Assembly: GCA_002811645.1 (NCBI GenBank)
Contig: PDIP01000036.1
Coordinates: 248,001-312,000, forward strand
DNA length: 64,000 bases
DNA from: Corallochytrium limacisporum Hawaii
Lineage: Eukaryota > Protista > Pluriformea
Reading direction: 5' to 3'
Shown: piece by piece, positions 1 to 12,890 of the stretch
Numbering within the stretch: the stretch's first letter is position 1
Layout: the number at the start of each line of letters is the position of its first letter
Translations under genes and position numbers: made by a program
Notes under the pieces: generated by a model
Told to the model about the DNA's origin: nothing
The model's database searches: none
The model's input: only the letters and a program-made list of their open reading frames with translations

Positions 1-3000
1 GTTCGGTACTGGACGCGCTGCAATGCGCAGGTTGATGGCTGGCCAAAAGATGGCGTCACAGGGTCCGCCCTGGACAGTCTTGGGTGCTATGGTAGTGTGA
101 CAAGCGAACTACGGACCGCAGCTACAGCCGAAGCTCTTGCAGTTCTTCTGAAGAATGCTATCGCAAAACTCCAACCGATGGGGGCTTCAAAACCGCCGTG
201 TTTCTCAGGGTTTCCTGCAACCTTTCTGCGAGTTTATGTTGTGTGGTCCTTGGGTCTTCCCATATTTCTGGATGTCTAGAAGTCATGTCCAAGCTTGAGA
301 AGAAAGTAGACTGGTAGGGATGTTGACTTCGTTGTGGGCTGGCGGGGTAACTATGAAGATGATTTGAGCATACCGGGCTTTGCTGTCCCGGTATGTGATG
401 GTTCGGAGGAAGGTATCGTTCATTGTATGGGATGCACAGCGATGGATCTCCTACAGTCCGGTCCGCACAGGATATACAATGGAATGGTACATAGACATAA
501 TAGGGTTCCATCGATCCAGGCAGTGAGACTTTGTTGTGCCTATCGGTGGTATGCGTTTCGTCGGACAGCCAGCCCGTAAGACTCCCTCGCACTTTGAAAG
601 GACATAAATGAGAGCGATGAATCGAAGATAAGGAGATGGCCTCCTCTTCAATGCGTAGTATTGTTCTGTAGTACAAGAACGCGCAACTGTCAACAGCCGC
701 AACCCCAGAAGAAAGACACAGTGCCAATTCAATGGGGATTTCGGGCCTGGGCTTGGGCCGGCTCAAGCGACTGAGTGTTTGGTGGCCACTAATGTATGAA
801 TTTTGGACGTCGTAGTTGGGTTTGAGCTCCAATGTTCCTGACGATTGCAGAGCTCGGGTACATAGTTTCGGCGCACACATCGCAGATAAGAAGCAAAAGG
901 GATGGGCAACAGAAAAACTGGTACCCCAACCAGGGCTTATTCCGATAGGGTTCTATCTTGGTCATCGTTCCCTGTGTTCCGTGCGCGGTGAGTTCCGGTA
1001 CCTGTATCAGGATCACTGCTTGTCCACAATGAATACGCCCTCACCCATGAATGGTGATTGGAGGGAAGAAGACAGTTCAACACAGACGTCCCAACAGTTC
1101 ACCACACACTTCTTCGTCTATCAGTTGCTTGATCTTGTCCACTCCTTTTTCGGGCTGCGCTGTGTGTAAGTGGAGGCGTACAGAGAAAGTACGCGAGAAG
1201 AGCGGGAGGAATCGCTGAATGAAACATCCGATGAGGGCAAACCGCTCTGTTAACCCCCGTCGACCCCAAAAGCTTCTTACCCTGTGGCCATCATGTTATC
1301 ATTTTTAACCAGTTAACTTAACCGTAAGTACTGAAACGTATGCGGGTTTCACCTTAAGGCCACGACCTTTAGCATGTACGCTGCATGTGCGCACCAATGT
1401 GCACGGATGCTCGGCCCACACCCTTACTACCGGTCAAGCACGTACCCGCCACAGCGGCACATCATCTCACGAGCCGGTTTGCTCGGCTGCAGGTCTCGTT
1501 TGCATTTGAGTCAAAGTGACAGTCAAGTCGAAAGGGGATGCCGTGATCAAATCAAGCAGCGATATCGAATGTCAAGCGTTCCGGGCTGTGGCACCCATAC
1601 CACCAGCAGCAAGAGAGTGTTTCAGATGGGGATTTCATATTGCGTAACAACCGGGTATGGATTTCAACCGTGCTGTGCGCCAGTAAGCAGCAGTCCACAG
1701 AATACTCCCCGGCTGGCCGGTTGGGTTAGTGCGAGTCTTTTGCGAGTAGCTGCCTTTCCATACACAATATATGCGTACACAGTCTTGTGTTTAAAGAGAT
1801 GTTGACGTTAGATGACGTTTTTAATGGGGTCAGGAGTGCGTGTTCATAGTGAAGATCTAAGCCAGTGCAAATACAACCAACGGGGACTCTGCCTGGTGGT
1901 GGACCGTCCGACATGAGATGCGCGCAACGGGTCTCTCCTGCACCTCTACATCACGTTTTGCAATCAAAGTATGAAGAACTTGGTCTTCAAGACGGCAGTC
2001 CATGTTTTGGCGAGATGAGATCCTATGCCACTGTGGTTTGTGTGCGATAGCGCTCTAGTGGGCTGCTGATTAGCGAAACATGGAAACGAGAAAGCGGCTA
2101 CGCCGTTTGGTACACGCGTGCTCCTTTCCTCTGTTTTCTAAGCTAGATCACTACTGTCGGGGTAGTGCATTTGTTTCGTTCATCGTTTGAAGGATAGACT
2201 TAGAAAAGTACGAGTAGAAGAGAGATCATGTGTCCCCCTTCGTATTGAAACGCCGCCCACCTGGGGCTTATTGAAATCATCAGATCCAGTCCATTGCTAA
2301 TGTACTCCGTTTTTTTACACAATTTTCTTCATGTCAGTTCGTATGGAGACACAGCGGTCTCAGCGGTCAGGCTTGGCCACGAGCCTTCCTCCAGCTAAGA
2401 TGGTTTTTTTTTCATGCTATGTCTTGCCGCAAGAGGGAACGTTTGCCGCCGATACAATGCAACTTTGCATGTTTTCACTTTATTTAAGGTTGGGCTGGGT
2501 TTGTAGATCGAGAGGTGGGCATTCCTACTCACTGAGCTCCGTACCAAAAGGCCGGGGGGATTTAGCTGCATTCTTCGTAAGCTTTTTGCTAACACCACCG
2601 GTGCGATTCGGGGCTGTCAGTTTTCTTGCGCTGTTTTGGAGAGTCTTCAGGGCCCGCTTCTTGGCTACAAGCAGTGCCACAAAGAAAAAACCTACCCTTT
2701 GGGGCCAAAATTCTGGTGCTCAGGATCATAGGTAGAAAATCTTCACTTCAGTCAGAGACCAATAACCACTTTGATTCCCCCGTTCCGTACTTCTTTCCTT
2801 CTTTTTGTTCCTTAGTCCCCCATGTTATACATCCCTTGTATGGATCATGTGTTTCCATAAGCTCTCTCGACACTTCGCGTGGCATTGGTTGTGTTTACCT
2901 AGCACTTGCCCGATCTGTGGTTCCGCGCTGATGGTTTAGAGAATCCTTGCGTCCCCTTGATCTACTGTCCCAAGACCCTCGTGGACTTTGCGTGCCAATG

Positions 3001-6000
3001 GCAAGCGACAGTGACGCCTTCCGAAGCAAACGCAATAGGGACTGTATGGAGAACTGAATGGTTCGAATAAGAGTGTGCATGCGTGAGCAGACAAAACGTC
3101 CACTAATTTCTACAATCGAGTATTCAGATAGCACCTTCTAATTCGTGCCGTTCAATGTCCCCATTGAGCACAAAAAGATCGAATACCCCAGCAAAAGAAG
3201 ACGGAAGAAGAACGAAGGCACGGACCATGAGTGCAAATGGACTGTATACTTGAATTGCGTAGGGATGTGTATAATGATTCGCTTGTGCTAGTTGGAGTCC
3301 GAACAGGAGAAACTGCGGGTGACACTAATTGGCCTATATGGGGTCTGATGGACCAGCTAAGCAGAAACCCGGTGGCCGCAATATATGAAAACGTATGAAG
3401 ACACGAGCCTAGTTCATTCCTCAGACTCTGGGGTCACACATCTCCTGGAGCATTCGACTTCTGTTTTTGGTCACTCTTCGTACAGATTACTGGTCTGGCA
3501 CCATCTACTCACACCAAACCTTATAGTGTACGCTACCCCGGCTGGTGAAAAATCGTCTCGCAACCTCCCGAGACCATGTGCATGTCCACGCACATTCTCT
3601 CTTCTGCACTGACGTCCCTGTTATTATAATTACATGGGCGAAAGGATGTCCGCTGTCTGGTTACCATCCAAAACCAGTGGGTATGTGGGCTGGCAGAAAA
3701 TTAAAACGCGACATGCGCAGGGCTAAGGTATGCGGAGCAACCAAACGCCTGCTGCCCACAAACCGCCATGTAATGAATCGCTGTCGATTTAGTCTCCCAT
3801 CTTTCATGCAGGGACAGATGCGTGGTACTGTAACTCATTTGGCTGTGAACATGGAGGGCAATCTCTTCTGACACTCACTCCGTCGCATCCCTTTGTGAAC
3901 CAAAGTCGGAGGGGTCCGATCGCTCTCTCCAATATCACGATATGTACGATTCCCGATGTAGATGAATGAGCATGAACCGGGCCCATAAATCATTCAACTT
4001 CCCTACCACTCTCATCACGACAAGAAAAACGACATTTGACACAATCCCAGGGATTGCCTGTACATTCAGTGCTGCAACGACAGCCCCACATTTCTCCATG
4101 TTTTCATTTTCTGTTCTATAGCGAGTACTATCTACCCCGGCCATCAGTCAGAGATGTGGGTCGGAACCAGCACAACGGAATCCCTGTACTACGAGTACAT
4201 AAATTGCCATGTTGATCGCAATGTCTAAGGTGACGGGGACTCTTTTTCCAACGAACGGAGTTGAGAATCACAGAGTCTTCCTGGTCATTTCGGTGTCCAC
4301 TCGCTTTCTTTTCGGAGTTGATGGGTACTTTGAGACCGACAGATCGACCCCAACGGCGAAACGGCGCACAGTATTTGGCCGGAGATGCAAGCGAAGGAGT
4401 TAAAAGCCTGATCTATACGATGCTCCATGGATCACAACCAACCATTGCGAGCATAAAATGTTTCCACCAATACGAAAGTGAATGGGTCTCATAACGGGAG
4501 GGGAGCAAGTTTGGAAAGAAAGGAACGGAATGCGCTGACTTTGGCAAAATCCTGCGAAGGCAAATGATGTGCTATGGGGAATCTACGTGCCTGCTTGCTA
4601 TATCAAATCTATCTATACATGCCTTTGATATATATATGGTCCCTGGTGGGTCTCCTTCTTCGTCGATGGCAAACGGTAGCGGTGCTGTGGGTACGGTCAA
4701 AGAAGCGGCAGAAGTTATTCCAAACCTATTTTGGTTCGCATTGTCTGCGCAAGTAATTTAGACGTCCATACACATCAGCGCGCTGAAAAAGGACAGCCAA
4801 CTGCTATACAAACTGCTATCTTTTCTCTATCGTTTAGGATCTCCCTCATATCCTTCCGGTGTATTTATCGCACATGTTCATGAGACATGTTTGAATCCCC
4901 CGGGCGCGTCATCGCACGCCGGTTTTGTCGGCAACAAGCAGAAATGATGATTGTGTAAATGGGGTTGAACGCTATCGGACATATCCATTTGATGGCACAT
5001 GCCAATTCATGAAGCAGGGGAACTGCGCCGGTTCATTTACAATGAATTGGCAATGACAAGCCACCATCGGGCTATTCACACTGTCGCCTGTCGCTGTTGT
5101 TGCACACCCCGCACGCGACTGATCTGAGCTGTGTCAGTCTGAGTACCTAACCATTCTGCGCAGATTTTGGACCGCCACAATGCAACCCTTTGCTTCGCTT
5201 TGGTTCGTCGTTGTAGACAGGGGCCACACTCGCAACCCGTCCCGACTCTCTCATTCCGCTCTAATAAAACATTAAACGAGAGCATAATTGGGTACGTAGT
5301 CGACAAGGACCTTTGCAGTTGTGCCTGCTGAAATTTGTGTTGTGTAACTATTTCGGGAACCCATTAGCGATGTGAGTTGAACCTCTCTTAGTGTGGGCAC
5401 AGGGAAGCCCTTGACGTTCATCCCCTGCAAGAATGCAGAACAGAAACAATGTGGTGTAGCAGTCGGGATTATCAATGAAACGGAAGCAAATCGAAAACAC
5501 TCTGGCGGGGTACATTGCAAAAAATGATGCACTTGTTCTTGGGTTGCGCAGCAAGGCAATGCCTTCGACATTCCTCCGGGAGTGGTGAGAGATCTACCTA
5601 AGGGTCCCGTGGCACCAGGAACTCAGATCCAACCCTTTCGTTTTAACGAATCACTTTTTCCGGTTGTCTTTGCCTAACTCAAGAGAAATCAACAGAGAGC
5701 CATCAAAGGAATTGCTTAAGAGGTGTTTAGGGACTGGTCGCCCCCTCGGGTTCTCACAAGTACACATGGATCCCATGAGCAATCAGAGACTACATCAGCC
5801 ACACGCAATGAGCTGTGTATATACTGTTCGAACAAATGAGCAAGGAGCGAATGAACGGTCCGAGAATTGACAATTGTCAAGTCCTTTTTTCCAATTTCTT
5901 TTCTAAGTCAGAAGCAAGGTGTGGTCGATCGTTCTTGTGGTAACAAAGAAGCAAGTTTTATGCACTCGTCATGTATTGGTGCTCACTGTCAATGGGGGAT

Positions 6001-9000
6001 CTGAGGTGGTTTCTGATTGAACAATTAAGGATCGGCCACCAGCCCTCATATAGTTCTTTGCAACGAGAAACCCATATCGTTGAGTTGCAATGGTAGGATT
6101 GAGCTCCACTGCTCGAGTATGAGTTCAGCTACATGACTGGCCCCCGTGTCACCAGAAATGCGGTTGAAGAATTCGTCATTTGGGATCAAAGAACGACCTA
6201 CCAGGATACACACGCGAAACCAAAGCAGACAGATGTGTTGCGTATAGAATTTCTGAAACACAATTCGCATAGAGAGTTAAAAAGCTCCCGCTAAAAGAGA
6301 TTCAATAGACGTGTCGATGCTTTCCTTCCTTTTCAAGTACCCCATACATCTTTGTGTGTATATGTGTCATGTCACACTGAAAGGGGCCCCAGCTGAACTT
6401 AGGGAAGATTGCAAGCGGTGTTTGTAAACACAGTAGTTCAAGAAATGGGCGAGAAAGCCTGCTGCTTCCTCGCAGAACCGAATTCTTTGCCGGACCAAAC
6501 AGTATCGTGCATCTAACGTGGTGCCTACTGGTATACCATGATTACATTGTAAAATAATGGACATCGTTAGTACACTGCACTGAAAACGTTGCGGCTTCAA
6601 CACGATGATTTGGTTGAGCGGTATGATGCCATCGAGCGAGACGTTTGCTGCATCAAGTGGGTGCAAGACGTTGACAGAGTCGGTGACAAACAAAATCTCA
6701 AAGCATTGGCGACAAAGTTGACCAGCGTGGAGAGGGCGAATCATTGAGCAGAGGCTGAACTTTGATGGTGTCGCCCAGTTTAAGGAGTAGGAGGTAGCGG
6801 CTTGCCACAAGGCTCAAAGGCTTTGGATTGCACTGCTTCTGCTCATTATTGCGCACATTTCAAATGCAATTTGAGAAGGAAACGCTCCGCGTCATGCAAT
6901 TCTGGTCCTCCAAATCCTAGCAGCAAGGGGTTGGAAGCTACTGTATGCTGGCTGTGGCTGTATTGGCTCGGTCGGACTTCATGGATAGCAGTTTAGTCTG
7001 AAGCGGAGGCAGACTATCTCCGGCTGTGTGCCAGTTCTGTCTCATTCTCTCTGCTTTTTTGGTGTTACCGACATATTATATGAAGTGCGTTGGATGCAAC
7101 AGGCGAGATGGTAACATGGTTGTGGCAAATGAGAGACCATTCTGCGGTGACCCTTTCACCGTAGAGGGTGGCTTGTGTGGAACATGTCACCGGAGGCAGG
7201 GACAGTGGTGAGTAAGGGAGAAATATTTCTTTTATCTCCTTGCCCGTCACCCCCGCCTTTTCCGGTCAATCCAGCTCTCCCCCCTCCCACCCATTCTCAG
7301 GTTTTACGTAAATCGTGTCAGAAATAGGAAGAATGGAGGGAGTGAGATAACGCAGCCTAGGCGAGGCATCGTTCCGCAGCAAGTGGTCGGCTTAGATGCG
7401 GGCTGCTTTGTTCTCCTTTGACTTGAAGAGATCGTAACATCTATCAAAACTCAGTACAGGACTCCAAGATACGAGTTAAATTTTTCTTTTTTGGTTTCTG
7501 AATCAGTTAGGACGGTGTTCATTTCTGAGCTCTCCACATGTTTCTAACTCGCTTGCATCTACGTGGTGCGCTGAGCTGTTCAGCTACCCATGTCATTTTC
7601 GGTAGAGATGGGCTCAACGACAACAACCCCCAGCCCCGTACCAAATTCTTATCAGTAACAAGAACACCTGCCAACAGATACTGCGTCGGCCGTGCGACAA
7701 AATACGCGCCCAGACGTTGTCACTTCAGTGTGATTGTGAATGTGTTTGTCTCTTGGCAGAGCGCCGCAGGCTTTCTCTGTTGACAAGTGAATGACTTCGC
7801 TCCGCCCTACTCTACTGCTCTCATGACCACCGCAAACTAGCGCCTACTGAGAAATCCGGTAGGTTGCGCCTACTGGGAATATTGTAGGTGGTTAAAAAAA
7901 AGTGATCTGTCTTCTCTCTTTTGTCTTCTCATTATTTACCAAGCACTCCGTTTGTTTGCGGTCAGGTGATGAGCCCAGGGAATAGAAGAAAAAATCCGAA
8001 AGGGAACGGCTGCTGGGTGTATGGGCTGACACTAACCCTCCCTTGGGGGATGGGCCCTGCCCTGAGCTCTGACCCGCCAGGGAACCGACGACGTTTATTC
8101 TCGCAAAGTACATCTGCTGTGTGCCATGTAGTGAGAAGAAAAAGCACTCACCACTTCTTCCGCATAAAAAACTGTGGGCAGTTGCACTGAAGAAATTATC
8201 ATTGACCATAACGTTCCGTACTCTTTCCTTTTAGTCTCTCTTCTGTAGAATCTCAATACGACGCCTGCGTATTCCACTCGTCAATTAGTACTTTCCCTTT
8301 TGACCCATAGCTCTTTCCGTGCATTCATTCATTCATACACTTTGTGGCTCTTAGAAATTCTTCACAGTTGCCTTTTCTTTGCTCGGCGATGACGATCGCA
8401 CTTCACAAAGTTCTTCCGTTTCCAACTCAATAGCAATATAATGAATTCATGGAAAAGCGTAACATGGAAGCTGTGCTCATCCCTTCATCCCTTTGCTTGC
8501 ACAAGTAGGGAATAACAACAAGAGCAAGATTGCACTGCTTACTCTGTTCCTCTGCCTGTCCGCAACACGAGTCAGTAGGGGGGGGGAGGAGAATGAAGAA
8601 TGGAACCCAGGATATCGCCTGCGTGTGGTAAACAGTGTCGTAGCGGTAGATTTCGAAAGGTAGAACGAGCGATTTGTCCATTGCACTCTCCGCTGTTGTT
8701 TCCTTTCGGTTCCATCGATCTTCCTCACTGTGTAGATGGAACTCTCGGACGAGTGCCAAACATATCGGTCAGCCGTAAACGTTCGAAAATACTATATCTC
8801 ACTACTATGGAACTAGTATGAGTTACGCAGGACTGCGGCCAATTTTTCCATCCCGTCTCTTGCTCAGATGTTCCTTCCGTTCTTTGATTGCGTGCCTTGT
8901 TCGTCTCAAGTCAGAAGCAAGAGGCTCGACTTTGTAAGATAAGAATTTAGTGTAGAAACCTGACACGTATGAATAGGTGTTTCCAAAACTGTATGCGTTA

Positions 9001-11621
9001 AATATGGAAAGTCGTATAATAATATCAAGGTACACGTGTGAACTACTAGAGTCCAGCGTCCGACTCAGAGGGTCTATTTCTCTCCCATTTGGTCTCATAT
9101 AGATTTTCTTATCGATGCCAATTTAGCCTCCACACGCACAGTGCTGGTTTTTGCTAGACTGGTGCGTCGTTGCCCACATTGAAAATATACTTCATGCTGT
9201 CTGTGAAAGTAAGATGGAAAGGGGTTCTCATTTTTTTGTGATTTCGGACTTGAGTGTCTCGTGGTGGCAGCATTGTTTTCTTTGCTGAGAGCTGCATACC
9301 CCTCTTTCTACTACCTTTGGTTCAGTTCGTATAAGTCGAGTCTTGCACACACATATGTCCTGTGATACGTATTTCTACGAAATCTGCTATGAAATGTCTC
9401 TTTCTCTATTTTAAGAATAACTTCACTTCCTCAGGCGAATATCGTCCCAGGTCTAGGTAGGTCCACTGGTCTGTGCAATTATCTGCTGAGGACTGCGTAA
9501 GGAAAATGTGTGTGCTTTAGACGATTTCATTGTGAATTGTAGTACGCAAGGGACTACTGTCCATCCAACTGCCTTCGCGCCTGCGACTTTGCGTTCAGAG
9601 CTCTCTGATGACTCTTTTGCACCCGGGAGACCTCCCTCCTCCTCCTCTCCCGCACCACTTCACTGCTGCCAGAGAAACTACACTTCAACAGGCCTCAGTA
9701 GAATAGGGGGAGTTTGTCTACCTTGGATCTCAGTTCGACTTCGTGGCCCGAATGTCAACTCATCCAGACCTGGGTACCCCCAGCATTTTCGGGGGATGGA
9801 ATCAATTGATAAACAATGTTCATTTTTCCAGTCAATTTGAAGCAAGTATATTCTATATAGCGAAAGGGTAAACCCCCCTGACAACACACTGCTCTTATGT
9901 CGAGGAAACCAAAGCTTGGTTCAGTAAAATCAATCCTGTAACCGCAATTTAAAAAAGCCTGTCTCCCCCCTCCCCCCTCTCCCAGGGGGGGCCTTCTTTG
10001 AAACTCAAACTTCCATTCTCCCCCCCCCCCCACGGTACCCCGGCCATTACTTCATCTCAGCTACAGGGAGTAATTCAATCCAAAAAATCTTCAAGGTCCA
10101 CAATCCCCGACCGCCCGCTTAAGTGCTTAGATAGTAAAAGCCAAGAAATTCACGCAAACCGGGCCGGGTTGTTCAGTTCTGGCGGAAAGCTGGCCGGATT
10201 TGCTATGGAGAACTCCCCAAGGTGCGCCCCTCTGGTTCCTTGGGTTCCGCACTTCTGTAGTATGCGATTTTCGCTGGTCTGCATGGATCAGATAGATTGC
10301 TAGCGGCGGGATTTTCTAATGAACCTTTTGCAAATATTTTGTTTGTGACTGACTCATCTGCGAGGGCTTACCACTGTCCACCTTTCTGTTCGTCTGTGTT
10401 CACCCGTTATTTCCTTTCTCTCTATATCTTACCCGACACAGGGCGGCTCAAGTGTGAAAGATCGGGTCTTCGGGGGCCTGTCCCTTGAAGCTCGTTCGCG
10501 AATGTTTGAAATCCCTATTACCATTCATCTTCGATAATGACCACCATTGCAAGCAAGGAGAGAACAAATATGACACATTCCAAAACGACCCCGTTTGATG
10601 GGGGCGACCAAAAGAGAGCGAGGGTACGTCACGGCACAGTATCCACTCGCAGAAACACTCACGCACAGAGACAGTGCTGCAGATAAGATAGGGGAACAAA
10701 GGACAGGCAGCAGAAATCTGGCCGAGAGGAGCAGAGACATGACAGAGAAAGGGGGGAAAAGGACACACTTCCCCCTTCGTTTCCCAAGTGTTTCTAAATT
10801 TAACAAAGAAGTTAGAAATTGGAAGGAAACCATAGGTGGGCAAGAAGGAAAAGGTTAGGCCCACAACAAGAAAGTCCAATACTATTGTGATGGGAAGCTT
10901 TGGCCATCAGAATCCGAGGTCCAGAACTTTTTGCTGCACTCCGGCAGCAAAAGTGCAAAAAGGAGACAGAGTCGACGACACAGAGAGGTTGCGCTAGTTG
11001 ATTTCCTCTTTGACACTGCCCGCACAGAGGAGAAAAAGGGGTAGGAGGACTGGAATACCGAATAACACCGGGAGGAATCTGTCCCTTTTCCCCCTTAGCT
11101 GCCAATCTCGCTTCGACCCTTCGGCCCCGGAGTACCACAAATACACTCGGGGAAGCAAAGGGAAGAAGACACAGAGGAAGTGATAGTGGAGGAGAAAGGG
11201 GGAGGAAATGGGGAGGAACAGAGGGTCTCGCTGGGGGTCTCTTCGGGAAACCCTCCGTTTCAAATGTCTTTGAAGGGTTGGCGTCGTCCGAATGCTGCAC
11301 AAATTGCAATCAAAAATGTCATCTGCACAGACATTTGACCTTCCGCGTATCACATAACCTACTCTGCCGACGTTGATATGGTATTTGAATCTAGTTACAG
11401 TTCGATATTGATAAAGGATTGGTTGTTATATTCAAACGCGTTCCAAGCAATGACAGTAAGATTAGACAACCGAGAGTGAAAAGAAATAAACCAGCTGGTA
11501 CATAGAGATTAAGAGGGAAACCAATTGGAAAGGGAAAGAAGAAAGACGGTCCAGTGCGTGACTGAAACATTCAAAAGAAAAGTAACTCCCAAGAACCACG
11601 AATACGAAGATTCAGAAAGTA

Positions 11622-12890
11622 ATGCGCAGTGAGCAGGTCAGCTCATTGGGCACAACTTGGCCCAACGGTATTGTCGGATATGCAAGGAATGATAACGCGG
11701 AAGTCCCCAGGATGAAGAACACAAATGCAAGCGTTGTCCCTGACAGTGACGACCAGATGGTTCAGTCAGGGGACTCTGCGTGCGAGAGCCCGGTCTCTGA
11801 AGCCCAGGCCCCAATCAAGCTTCCGGTATACAACCTCAATGAAATGGACATTGGGCAGTCAACTGCCCGGTCATCACCAAGCGCCTCCTCCCTAGAAGAG
11901 GAGTCTATTATTGACACTCCAGTTATTGAAACTACACACTGCGCTCGCTACATTGACTCCAATGGTGAGAAGTACGTCAACCAGTACAGAATTTTGGGAA
12001 CCATTTCTATTGGTACCCATGGAACAGTCAAGCTGTGCCAAGACCACACAGGGCAGCTCTATGCCCTCAAGGCCCTGGTACGGCCACAAAGGCGCCGTGG
12101 CTCCATGCTTACGCGAGCACGGCGGACAGACGAGGACATTCTCATGGAAATTGCCATCATGAAGCGTCTCTTCCACGAACACATTGTGTGCTTACACGAA
12201 GTCATTGACGACCCGGAAGAACGAAAGATTTACATGATCCTCGACTTCCTCTCTCAAGGTCATATCTGCTACGAAGCTGAGGATGGCAGCCCTGTGCTTT
12301 CTGAACAGGAGGCAAAGAACTACTTTGTTCAGCTCATCCACGGCTTGCTATATGTCCACTCTCAAGGTGTTCTCCATCGCGACATCAAGCCAGAGAACCT
12401 TGTGATTGATGACCATGGCTTCCTTAAAATTTGTGACTTCAGCGTATCACAAATCATGGACGACAATGGGTATGTACCCAAGACTACAGTCGGAACTCCT
12501 GCCTTCTATGCCCCGGAGACGTGCCACTACGACGAGGAGCTGAAACCTCTGACCGCCGCAGTGGATGTATGGGCAGCAGGCATCACTCTGTACTGCTTCC
12601 TCATGGGCAAGACGCCATTCTCGGCACCAACCGAAGCGGCTCTCTACCAGGCCATCCAAGAACAGACTATCGAGTATCCCCGACGGATCTCCAGCACTGC
12701 TCGCGACCTTCTGAGCGCAATGCTTGAGCGCGACCCCGAGAAGCGCATGACCATCGAGGAGATTATTGACCATCCGTGGTGTCAGGGAGCTGACTATCTG
12801 GAACCTGTGAACTATCAGGCACCCGGTACCATTCTCCGTGAGGAGTCCATCCTCAGCGTTCCTGATGACGAGTCTGGCATGTCTGTCTAA
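11622..12890 (+). CDS. Ser/Thr protein kinase, CAMKK/SAK1/GRIK family (upstream activator of AMPK/SNF1)
   Basis: Intronless 422-aa ORF with NQY..GTHGTVKL, YALK, EIAIMKRL.HEHIV.LHEVIDDP, HRDIKPENL, DFSVSQ and GTPAFYAPE. The 'L.EVIDDP' segment is typical of the CAMKK family. DFG is replaced by DFS. Confidence 0.9.
   Translation: MRSEQVSSLGTTWPNGIVGYARNDNAEVPRMKNTNASVVPDSDDQMVQSGDSACESPVSEAQAPIKLPVYNLNEMDIGQSTARSSPSASSLEEESIIDTPVIETTHCARYIDSNGEKYVNQYRILGTISIGTHGTVKLCQDHTGQLYALKALVRPQRRRGSMLTRARRTDEDILMEIAIMKRLFHEHIVCLHEVIDDPEERKIYMILDFLSQGHICYEAEDGSPVLSEQEAKNYFVQLIHGLLYVHSQGVLHRDIKPENLVIDDHGFLKICDFSVSQIMDDNGYVPKTTVGTPAFYAPETCHYDEELKPLTAAVDVWAAGITLYCFLMGKTPFSAPTEAALYQAIQEQTIEYPRRISSTARDLLSAMLERDPEKRMTIEEIIDHPWCQGADYLEPVNYQAPGTILREESILSVPDDESGMSV

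Noticed and set aside
158-880. 240-aa minus-strand ORF at the window start
   Set aside because: No recognisable motif or host-like codon bias; cannot be supported as a gene without expression data.
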